From the sequence record SRR20825010_1258: DNA of 48,857 nt; one strand, given 5' to 3'. The notes under the pieces were generated by a model. The model saw only the letters and a list, made by a program, of their open reading frames with translations, was not told the DNA's origin and searched no databases. Shown here piece by piece: positions 37,597 through 46,355 of this stretch. Each line of letters opens with the position of its first letter. The stretch's first letter is position 1. Both the position numbers and the translations under genes were made by a program.

Positions 37597-39522
37597 TTGG
37601 GTGATCTGATAGGCGAAGCTGTAGAAGGCACATTGTATTATGCGGCGCGACAGGAATTCTTGCGGGTCGCTGCTCACTCGGGCCCGGCACCCGAACGATT
37701 GAGCGTCTATGCTGATATGGCGCGCCTCAACACTCTGTTCATGATCGCCAATGCCGGTTCTGGTCATATCGGCTCAAGCTTTTCCAGCCTCGATATTCTG
37801 GCTTGCCTTTATCTGAGCGAAATGGATCGGGAGCGCGGCGATATCTTCTTTTCTTCGAAGGGACATGATGCGCCGGGCCTTTATGCGATGTTGATCGCCA
37901 CCGGGATCTTGCCGGAAGAAAAATTGCATCGCCTTCGCCGTCTGGATGGATTGCCCGGCCATCCCGATGTGGCGGTGCCCGGCATGGTCACCAATACAGG
38001 TTCACTTGGGATGGGAATTTCCAAGGCCAAGGGCATGGCTTTCGCCAATCGGCAGCTTGGTAACTCCGGTCGCATATTTGTGATGACCGGTGATGGTGAA
38101 TTGCAAGAAGGGCAGATTTGGGAATCTCTGGTGTCGGCTGCAAATGCCGGACTTGGTGAGATCACCGTGATCGTAGATCACAATAAAATCCAGTCTGACT
38201 ACTCAGTCGAGAGGACAATGAGCCTTGGTGATCTTGCAGCCAAATTCAAAGCATTTGGCTGGGAGGTGGCCCGCATTGATGGCAATGATACTAAGGCAAT
38301 CCTAAAGACCTTCGACCAACTGCGCTCCGTTACAACAAAACCGAAAGTCATCATTGCAGACACAGTAAAGGGCAAAGGTGTCTCTTTCATGGAAGGTACA
38401 TCGATCGACTCTGACGTTGAGATGTTTCGTTTTCACTCAGGGGCACCTCAATCAGGCGACTATCGTCGTGCCGCTCAGGAATTAATCGAAGGTATTAACA
38501 CCAAGCTATCGGCCATGTGTGTGGAGGTGCTGGAGCTGGAGCAAACCACACGACCGGCATCTGTAACATCTAATGCAGAACCCTCACGGCTTTTCCCGGC
38601 CTATACGCAAGCATTGTTAGATCAAGCGCAGAAGAACAAAAAAATTGTGGCTCTGGATGCCGACCTTGTGCTCGACATGGGACTAATTCCGTTCACGGAA
38701 AATTTTCCCGACCGGTTCATGGAATGCGGCATTGCGGAAATGGATATGGTTAGTCAAGCCGGCGGCATGGCGCTCAAAGGTCTCCTGCCCGTTGTACATT
38801 CATTTTCGTGTTTCTTGTCGACCCGACCTAACGAACAGATCTACAATAATGCGACAGAGCATACGAAGATCGTCTATGTCGGTGGTCTTTCAGGTGTGCT
38901 GCCTGCGGGGCCTGGCCATTCCCACCAAAGCGTGCGCGATATTTCTGCGGTCGGCGGGGTTCCCAATCTCATTATGGTTGAGCCATCTTGCCCAGACGAG
39001 GTGGCCCCTTTGTTTGATTGGTGTCTTAACGATCACGATGGCGCCAGCTTCTTGCGCATGATTTCGATCCCTTATCCGTTGCCCTATGCGTTGCCAGAAA
39101 AATATCATCCCTCGGTAGGTCGGGGGGTAACTTTACGCGAAGGTCGGGATGCTTTGGTCATCACCTATGGCATGGTGATGCTTAGCGAGGCAATTAAAGC
39201 TGCCGATATTCTGGCTGCAGAAGGGCTGGAATTGCAGATTGTTAATCTGCCGTGGCTCAATCGTGTCGATAGTGAATGGCTCGCAAAAATTGTCGCTGCA
39301 CATAGCCACCTTTTCACCATCGACAATCACTATATTGATGGCGGGCAAGGGGATTATATCCTCAGCGCGGTTGCCGCATTGGAGAACGACAAGCGTCCTG
39401 TCTGTCATAAATTCGGACTAACAGAGGTTCCGCCAAGTGGAACCAATGACGAAGTGCTTGCCGCGGTTGGTCTCGATGCGGTCTCGCTCGCGCACGATAT
39501 TTCAGCCAAGCTGAAGCCCTGA
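37597..39522 (+). CDS. single-chain transketolase-family ThDP enzyme
   Basis: SGHIGSSFS, SKGH, TGSLGMG, GDGELQEGQIWE...DHN, GIAEMDM, GPGHSHQ. TTG start after GGGGA. Confidence 0.9.
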   Translation: MGDLIGEAVEGTLYYAARQEFLRVAAHSGPAPERLSVYADMARLNTLFMIANAGSGHIGSSFSSLDILACLYLSEMDRERGDIFFSSKGHDAPGLYAMLIATGILPEEKLHRLRRLDGLPGHPDVAVPGMVTNTGSLGMGISKAKGMAFANRQLGNSGRIFVMTGDGELQEGQIWESLVSAANAGLGEITVIVDHNKIQSDYSVERTMSLGDLAAKFKAFGWEVARIDGNDTKAILKTFDQLRSVTTKPKVIIADTVKGKGVSFMEGTSIDSDVEMFRFHSGAPQSGDYRRAAQELIEGINTKLSAMCVEVLELEQTTRPASVTSNAEPSRLFPAYTQALLDQAQKNKKIVALDADLVLDMGLIPFTENFPDRFMECGIAEMDMVSQAGGMALKGLLPVVHSFSCFLSTRPNEQIYNNATEHTKIVYVGGLSGVLPAGPGHSHQSVRDISAVGGVPNLIMVEPSCPDEVAPLFDWCLNDHDGASFLRMISIPYPLPYALPEKYHPSVGRGVTLREGRDALVITYGMVMLSEAIKAADILAAEGLELQIVNLPWLNRVDSEWLAKIVAAHSHLFTIDNHYIDGGQGDYILSAVAALENDKRPVCHKFGLTEVPPSGTNDEVLAAVGLDAVSLAHDISAKLKP

Positions 39523-39539
39523 ACAAAAGTGTAGAGGGC

Positions 39540-41285
39540 ATGCCGCCTATGCTGGGGTTAAAAGACATATTGCGTCGCTCGCGTCTGTTGCGCCCGTTTC
39601 GTCTGGCGCGTCTTACACGCATAGCCCGCACACATGGGCATGAGAACTGGGCGGCAAAATTAGCGCCAGATGTAGCCTTTTGGCAGCAAGCACTGGAACA
39701 ATCTGACGGACGCCGTGTTCTTATTGCCACCAGCATGGGCGGACACTTTGCTATCAATACCATTGACCGCTTGCTAGCTGCTGCGCTGACTGCACGCGGA
39801 GCAAATGTGTCTGTGGGGCTGTGTGACGGCATGCTAACGGCCTGTCAGATGTGCGAGAGCAATTTATTTCCTGATGTGTCTCAGTTTTTGCGCAACGGTC
39901 CCCAGGCGGATCTCTGCTCATATTGTTTCGCGCCTTCCGAGAAAGCCTATGCAGATATTGGAATTGAAACATATCGCTATAGCGCGTATCTTGATGCTGC
40001 AGATCGGCAAGAGGCGCAGTCGCTGGCGGCTAAGATTGATCATCAAGATATTAAAGAACTTGTTTGGCGGGGCTTGCCGGTGGGCGAACATGCCTATGCC
40101 GGCACGCTCCGTTTTTTCGCCAGTGGTGATCTTTCTAAAGAGCGCAGTGCCGAACCCGTCCTGCGGCGTTATCTTGAAGCTGCCATTCTCTTAGCGGCAG
40201 CCTTCGATGCTTTGGTGACGCAGGAACGCCCAGACGTAATTGTTGCCCATCACGGCATCTATGTACCGCAAGGGCTGATTGCAGCGGTCGCGCGTAATCA
40301 CGGCATCAGGCTTGTGACATGGAACCAGGCTTATCGCGCCCAGTGTTTCTTGTTTAGTCATGACGATACCTATCATCATACAATGATGGACGAGCCAACT
40401 GAGGTCTGGTCGGAATATGCTTTGAGCGACGAGGAGCGTGACATGACGCTTTCCTATCTCAAAAGCCGGTGGTATGGCACGCAAGATTGGATCAGCTTTC
40501 AGCCGAAAGCTGATTTGGCCCTCACGCAGGACATAGCCCGTTTGGGGCTGGATCCGACGCGGCCCGTTGTGTTGGCCCTCACCAACGTGATGTGGGATGC
40601 GCAAATACATTATCCCGCCAACGCATTTTCTTCACAGCGCGAGTGGCTTGTGGAAACGGTCAAATGGTTCGTGGCAAGACCGCATTTGCAATTGGCCATC
40701 CGTATCCATCCCGCTGAACTCACAGGCACACCACGTTCACGTCAATTTGCTTCTGATATTCTGCGTGAAGCATTCGGTAAATTGCCAAAAAACATAGTGG
40801 TGATCGCTCCTGAGAGGCCGGTCAGTACTTATGATCTGGCGCGTGCCTGCAACAGCGCGATCATTTTTGCTACGAAGACTGGCGTCGAACTCACAACTAT
40901 GGGCATACCGACTATTGTGGCAGGTGAGGCTTGGATCCGTGGCAAAGGTCTTACTATGGATGCCCAATCGCGGGCAGACTATTTCGAGCATCTTGAAAAA
41001 CTGCCTCTCGCCGCCCGGTTGCATGAAAACACTATTGAGCGGGCGTTGCGCTTCGCCCACCATTTTTTCTTCCGCCGTATGATTCCGATTAAGCTGGTGA
41101 AGCAGCAGAAGGGACCACGCCGCTTCACTAGCGAGATCAGTGGAATTGATGATCTGCGCGAGGGAGTGGATGTCGGCCTTGATGTGATTTGCAGTGGTAT
41201 TCTGCATAGTACGTCGTTTCACATGCCGGAAGCTGACGCCGTTCGCTTCGCCCGCATTGTCACGCAAAACAATGGTGTTCCATGA
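39540..41285 (+). CDS. capsule-biosynthesis (KpsS/GT107-like) protein, putative ulosonate transferase, paralog 2
   Basis: Collinear with 34783-36552: HHGIYVPQG, FSHDDTYH, TNVMWDAQ, IRIHPAE, TKTGVEL, FFFRRM. Confidence 0.7.
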   Translation: MPPMLGLKDILRRSRLLRPFRLARLTRIARTHGHENWAAKLAPDVAFWQQALEQSDGRRVLIATSMGGHFAINTIDRLLAAALTARGANVSVGLCDGMLTACQMCESNLFPDVSQFLRNGPQADLCSYCFAPSEKAYADIGIETYRYSAYLDAADRQEAQSLAAKIDHQDIKELVWRGLPVGEHAYAGTLRFFASGDLSKERSAEPVLRRYLEAAILLAAAFDALVTQERPDVIVAHHGIYVPQGLIAAVARNHGIRLVTWNQAYRAQCFLFSHDDTYHHTMMDEPTEVWSEYALSDEERDMTLSYLKSRWYGTQDWISFQPKADLALTQDIARLGLDPTRPVVLALTNVMWDAQIHYPANAFSSQREWLVETVKWFVARPHLQLAIRIHPAELTGTPRSRQFASDILREAFGKLPKNIVVIAPERPVSTYDLARACNSAIIFATKTGVELTTMGIPTIVAGEAWIRGKGLTMDAQSRADYFEHLEKLPLAARLHENTIERALRFAHHFFFRRMIPIKLVKQQKGPRRFTSEISGIDDLREGVDVGLDVICSGILHSTSFHMPEADAVRFARIVTQNNGVP

Positions 41286-42220
41286 CAGGCACAGCGCTTG
41301 TTACCATCGTTATAGGCACGTTCAATCGGGCAAAACTTTTGCGCGGAACGATTGAAAGTATCCGCGCAAATGTGAAGGCTGAATGCCAAATTAAAGTCAG
41401 CGATGCCGGCTCAACCGATGAAACTGCGAGCTATCTACAATCTATTGCCGGATCTGATCTTCATGTTACCTTCGAAGGTCGGAAGCGCGGTCAGGCGGTT
41501 GCACTCAACGAGATATTTGCCAAAGTTGATACGCCTTACGTCTGCTGGTTGAGTGATGACAATGTGCTGATAGGTGACGGGCTGGACATTGCGCTCAAGG
41601 CATTAGAGGTCGATCCGGCCCTGGGAATGGTCGGTCTTAAGGTGCGGGACCTACAAGGTCCCTTTGTTGAACACCCTTATATTGGCGGCATCTCCCCCGT
41701 CGGTATTCTGAATATCAATCAAGGTGTATTGCGAACCGCGTTGTTGAAGCGCATTGGAGGGTTCAGCGAGACCTTCGGAAATTACGGTATCGATCCTGAT
41801 CTGACAGCTCAGGTTCTTGTCAGCGGGGCGTCTGTTGCGATGACACGTGCCGTCGCTCTTCACCACCTTCGTGGTTGGGATCAATACGCATCGGATGATC
41901 CCGCTCATCCCATGGCACAAAGCGCACGCTTTCTGAATCTCTATCGCCACAAATATATGAAGCATTTTGGTGGTAGTTTGGTCTGGTGGATTCGTCGTGC
42001 CATTTGGTGGGCGGCACGGCGGGTTATGCCGAAAAAATTGTCTTTGACCTCACAAAAGCCACTCTTTGGTTTTCTGGTTCGTGATTGGCACAATATGCTA
42101 TCGGGTCGGTTCATATCACCGTTGCGCGAGTTTTTGGCACGTGATGCCGATATCTATCTTCGGCAAACCTGTCCCCGTCGGTTTCATTCAGCTTTGCCTC
42201 TACGGGATCCTGAGCGATGA
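41282..42220 (+). CDS. GT2-family glycosyltransferase, paralog of 27562-28530
   Basis: GTFNR, SDAGSTD, WLSDDNV, PYIGGIS, YGIDPDLTA. Confidence 0.88.
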   Translation: MTGTALVTIVIGTFNRAKLLRGTIESIRANVKAECQIKVSDAGSTDETASYLQSIAGSDLHVTFEGRKRGQAVALNEIFAKVDTPYVCWLSDDNVLIGDGLDIALKALEVDPALGMVGLKVRDLQGPFVEHPYIGGISPVGILNINQGVLRTALLKRIGGFSETFGNYGIDPDLTAQVLVSGASVAMTRAVALHHLRGWDQYASDDPAHPMAQSARFLNLYRHKYMKHFGGSLVWWIRRAIWWAARRVMPKKLSLTSQKPLFGFLVRDWHNMLSGRFISPLREFLARDADIYLRQTCPRRFHSALPLRDPER

Positions 42221-44499
42221 GCACGATCCGGAGAGTCGGACCAGATTTAAGTAGGTGTCGGCTGATGCTTTGGCACTGGGGCCGATTGGGTGGGGGACCG
42301 CGCTACACGTTGGAACTTGCACGTGCGCTGAAAGATCGACCAGACATAGACCTATCTCTCTCAGTATCGCGCCAATGTGAATTGCTGGAAGAGTTTCGTG
42401 CGCTCGGCGTTCCACTTTTTGAGGTAGATACTTATGAGAGTCCGGTCTCAGCGTTGTTGGGAACATTGCGGTTGCCGCGACTTTGGCGCCGCTTTCGTGA
42501 GTTTCTGACAGAGCATCAGGTTGTTGTCATCAACTCCACCATGCCGCATCTTTGGACAAGGCCACTTGCCCCTTTCATCCGTCGGCTCAATATCCGTCTC
42601 ATTTCTACGGTACATGATGCCGTCCGCCACCAAGGAGAAGCAGGTTGGTTAAACCGATTGATGTTTCCAACAGTTTTTCCGGCCGATGCCTATCTTGTTT
42701 TGAGTGATTTTGTTGGCAAAAGTCTGACCGATAAATACACGTTGCTATCCGACCGACTGCATCACAGCAGACTTGGTCCGCTCTTAGCGCCAGAGCATAT
42801 ACAAGCGCCAAGACCTACAATAGATCGCAACCGCCCGCTGCGCCTACTCTTTTACGGTCGCATTTTGCCCTACAAGGGGCTCGCGCTTTTGCTGGAGGCG
42901 TATCGACAATTGCGGCTGGAGGGGCAGCAGGTCTCTCTTTATATTGCAGGGCGAGGCGATCTCGGTGCAGACCTTGCTGTCATCAACTCCCTGCCCGACA
43001 TCACGCTTGATAATCGCTGGATAGGCGAATCCGAAATTTCATCCGTTCTAGCCCGTGCCGATGTTCTCGTCGCGCCCTATGTCGAGGCAAGCCAATCGGG
43101 TGTCATTCCGGCTGCTTTTCGAGCCGGCCTGCCAGTGGTTGCAACCCCGGTCGGCGGTCTTTTAGAACAGGTTCGGGATGGTGAAAATGGACTAATTGCT
43201 GAGGACGCGACTTCTGACGCCTTGTTGGTTTCGTTACGCCGCATTTGTGGTGACCACACCCTTCACCGACATTTGTCTGATGGTGCTCGTACCAGCGCCG
43301 AGACCGAAGGAAGTTGGACTGGTATCGCCACCGATATGGCTCAATTAGTGCGAAAGCTTGCAAGACCAAAAATTCTTTTTGTTTTTCCGCTTGCCCTGAA
43401 TTTGCGGGCACATTGGGCCGACAGGGTCCGTGCTGTGGCGCTTGCCGGTGCGGAAGTACATATCGCCGTCCCGATGGAAGTTGATTTACAGCAGCTGGAT
43501 TTGGGCGGGGCGACACTTCACGACTGGCCGCTCATTAGGGGGTACGCTTCGCCGCTCGCGATCTGGCGCAGCTTCAGTGCAATGCAACGCATTATTGCCG
43601 ATATAAAGCCCGATCTTCTTCATGCTGTAACAATTTGGCCAATCATTTATGCAGGTTGGCTTGCACGGCTGTTACACGTGCCTGCATTGGCCTGTTCAGT
43701 GACTGGCCTGGGATATCTTTTCACTGGTGCGAATGATGAGCGCATCCTCGTGCGTTCTATCGGCATATTCGCCTATCGCTTTGCTCTGGGGCATAAAACA
43801 CTAAGAGCTATCTTCGAAAACGCGGGCGATGCAGATTTCTTTGTGCGCCTGGGTTTGGTCAAGCGGCCTGATACGCGCGTTATTCTGGGCGGCGGACTTG
43901 ATCTGACGACATATTCTTTCCAGCCAGAACCGGATACAGGGCAACCGCTTGTCGTGCTGCCTTCGCGCATGCTGGCTGACAAAGGCGTAAGAGAGTTTGC
44001 AGAAGCTGCCCGTGTCCTGAAGCTCGTAGGCGTTTCTGCACGTTTCGTATTGGTGGGAGACGTCGATCCAGACAATCCCGCAACCCTGGAACGCAGTGAG
44101 ATTGAAGATTGGGTCCGTGCCGGTGATCTTGAGTGGTGGGGTTGGCGCGAGGACATGCCGCAAATCATGGCTTCCGCCGCAATTATCTGTCTACCATCCT
44201 ATCGTGAAGGGGCTCCCCGGGTCCTAATGGAGGCAGCCGCAACAGGTCGCGCCGTTATCACGACCGATGTACCAGGCTGCCGTGATGTGGTCAGACATGG
44301 CCAAACGGGGCTTGTCGTTGCAGAGCGTGATGCAACAGCCTTGGCCGACGCCATTGGTGATCTTGTGTCCGATCCAGAAATGAGAAAACGCATGGGATAT
44401 ACCGCCCGAGAATATGCCGAGGAAAGTTTCTCAAGCGCAACGGCCATAGACCGGCTTTTCTCCGTCTATGATGATCTTATACCCGATTGGCGAAGTTAG
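42217..44499 (+). CDS. tandem double GT4 glycosyltransferase (second module PglA-like)
   Basis: 760 aa. Module 1 GRILPYKG...EASQSGV; module 2 VTGLG, SRMLADKG, PSYREGAPRVLMEA, TDVPGC. Confidence 0.9.
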   Translation: MSTIRRVGPDLSRCRLMLWHWGRLGGGPRYTLELARALKDRPDIDLSLSVSRQCELLEEFRALGVPLFEVDTYESPVSALLGTLRLPRLWRRFREFLTEHQVVVINSTMPHLWTRPLAPFIRRLNIRLISTVHDAVRHQGEAGWLNRLMFPTVFPADAYLVLSDFVGKSLTDKYTLLSDRLHHSRLGPLLAPEHIQAPRPTIDRNRPLRLLFYGRILPYKGLALLLEAYRQLRLEGQQVSLYIAGRGDLGADLAVINSLPDITLDNRWIGESEISSVLARADVLVAPYVEASQSGVIPAAFRAGLPVVATPVGGLLEQVRDGENGLIAEDATSDALLVSLRRICGDHTLHRHLSDGARTSAETEGSWTGIATDMAQLVRKLARPKILFVFPLALNLRAHWADRVRAVALAGAEVHIAVPMEVDLQQLDLGGATLHDWPLIRGYASPLAIWRSFSAMQRIIADIKPDLLHAVTIWPIIYAGWLARLLHVPALACSVTGLGYLFTGANDERILVRSIGIFAYRFALGHKTLRAIFENAGDADFFVRLGLVKRPDTRVILGGGLDLTTYSFQPEPDTGQPLVVLPSRMLADKGVREFAEAARVLKLVGVSARFVLVGDVDPDNPATLERSEIEDWVRAGDLEWWGWREDMPQIMASAAIICLPSYREGAPRVLMEAAATGRAVITTDVPGCRDVVRHGQTGLVVAERDATALADAIGDLVSDPEMRKRMGYTAREYAEESFSSATAIDRLFSVYDDLIPDWRS

Positions 44500-46355
44500 G
44501 CGCGTACATCCTGCACTTGCAGTTCATAGAGGGTCCTGTATGTCCCGCCCAATGCCATCAGTTCCTCATGCGTACCTATTTCTCGTACTTCACCTTGTGC
44601 AAGCACAACGATGCGGTTGGCTTCGCGGATCGTTTGTAAACGGTGGGCGATAATAATGGAGCTGCGTCCTTCTGTCAGTTTGCTAAGTGCATCTTGAATG
44701 ATCAGCTCGGTTTCTGTGTCTATGCTCGCCGTAGCCTCGTCGAGGATCAGCACATCGGGGTTCATGGCCAGCACACGGGCAAAGGCCAGAAGTTGGCGCT
44801 GGCCGTGGCTCAGATTTCGTCCTCTCTCCGTGAGCGGCGTCTCATAGCCTTGCGGGAGAGATGAGATAAAGCCATGGGCATGTACCAACTTTGCCGCGCG
44901 TATAGCGTCGGCTAGGGTGATGTAAGGATTGCCAAGGGCGATATTGTCGTAAACGCTACCAGAGAAAATATGAAAATCCTGTAGCACCACACCAATCCGG
45001 CGCCGAATATCGCCTGGATCGACATCCATAATATCGATCCCATCGATCAGAATGGATTTCGTTGGTACGTCGTAAAAGCGGCAGAGAAGCCGGATGAGAC
45101 TTGTCTTGCCCGAGCCAGTGGGTCCCACAATTGCAACTTTTTCGCCGGGTGCGATTGTGAAGCTGACATCTCTGAGGATCGGGCTTCCCGACACATATGA
45201 GAAATTCAAATGATTGAATTCTACTTTTCCCTTTAGGTCGCGCGGCAGAGGCACAGGTTCAGCAGGCGCCTTCAGCGCCTCGTCCCAGTCCAGCGCTTGG
45301 AAAATGCGCTCGCAACTGGCCATGGCTCTGAAGAGCACATTCCATTGTTCACCCATTGCTACAATAGGGCGGAACAGCATGTCGGCGAACTGCGCAAACA
45401 GGACCACGCTGCCTAATGTCGCCGTACCGCTCGCTACATGGTGCCCGCCAGACCAGATGATGATGGCAATGGCAATGAAAGCCATGCTGTCCATGGAGGG
45501 GCCGTAGTAGCTCTCGATCTTCACTGCGCGGTTTTCTTCGTTCCGGTTCTCGCAGTTGATCGTGGTGTATGCCTCGTAGTTGATTTCTTCGCGGCCATAG
45601 AGCTGCACTACTTCGATACCCGAGAGGTTTTCTTGCAGATTTTCGTTCAGGCGCGAAACCGTTGAACGGATAGTACGATAAACATTACGAGAGACCACAC
45701 GGAAGATCACCGTGGCCACGGCTGCTAGGGGCAAAACGGCCAGTAGCTCCAGTGTCAGCGTCGGGTTGAGCGCGAGCATGATTGTAACCGCCACAAAGAA
45801 CGGCACAAATTCGCCCAGCAAAACGCCGAAACCTGCGAGCAGTTCGAACAATGTTTCGATGTCGTTAGTTAGGCGCGTCATCACACGCCCTACTGCCACG
45901 CGATCATAAAAACTCGAAGGTAACCTTTCGAGATGTGCGAACAGGTCGCGACGCAGATCGCGCAATCCGTTCAGAACAGCGCGCCCCAGTGTAATGCGGA
46001 ACCAGTGCCCGAAAATGGCCCAGCAGGCTGTCCATAGAGCATAAAGGCCGCAAGCAACTACCAAGGGGTGTTGGCCAGTCAGACCGTTGAGCCATATCGC
46101 CAGTGCCTTCTGCCCGAAATCAGGGGCAAGCGCATCTGACGTTGGCTGCAAAATTCCGTCGACTACCACACGGCTCACTACAACAGGTGCCAGCACAGCC
46201 GCACTTGCCGCAAGCAGTACCATGACCAGCGCCAGCAGCATTTGCATGCGATAGGGTTTGACCCAGTATGTCAGTCGCCAGACCAGGCGGAAGTCAAAAC
46301 GACGTGTGTCTATATCGGCTTCGAAAATTGAATAGTCTTTTGCAGTACCGCTCAT
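44496..46355 (-). CDS. ABC exporter half-transporter (MdlB-like)
   Basis: TM domain plus NBD: GPTGSGKT, LSHGQRQ, ILDEAT, IAHR. Confidence 0.93.
   Translation of the reverse strand: MSGTAKDYSIFEADIDTRRFDFRLVWRLTYWVKPYRMQMLLALVMVLLAASAAVLAPVVVSRVVVDGILQPTSDALAPDFGQKALAIWLNGLTGQHPLVVACGLYALWTACWAIFGHWFRITLGRAVLNGLRDLRRDLFAHLERLPSSFYDRVAVGRVMTRLTNDIETLFELLAGFGVLLGEFVPFFVAVTIMLALNPTLTLELLAVLPLAAVATVIFRVVSRNVYRTIRSTVSRLNENLQENLSGIEVVQLYGREEINYEAYTTINCENRNEENRAVKIESYYGPSMDSMAFIAIAIIIWSGGHHVASGTATLGSVVLFAQFADMLFRPIVAMGEQWNVLFRAMASCERIFQALDWDEALKAPAEPVPLPRDLKGKVEFNHLNFSYVSGSPILRDVSFTIAPGEKVAIVGPTGSGKTSLIRLLCRFYDVPTKSILIDGIDIMDVDPGDIRRRIGVVLQDFHIFSGSVYDNIALGNPYITLADAIRAAKLVHAHGFISSLPQGYETPLTERGRNLSHGQRQLLAFARVLAMNPDVLILDEATASIDTETELIIQDALSKLTEGRSSIIIAHRLQTIREANRIVVLAQGEVREIGTHEELMALGGTYRTLYELQVQDVRA

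Noticed and set aside
34783-41285. Classical group 2 capsule (kps) system
   Set aside because: No kpsD, kpsE, kpsF or kpsU in the window, and the exporter is Wzm/Wzt with a C-terminal domain, which is O-antigen or glycoprotein type.
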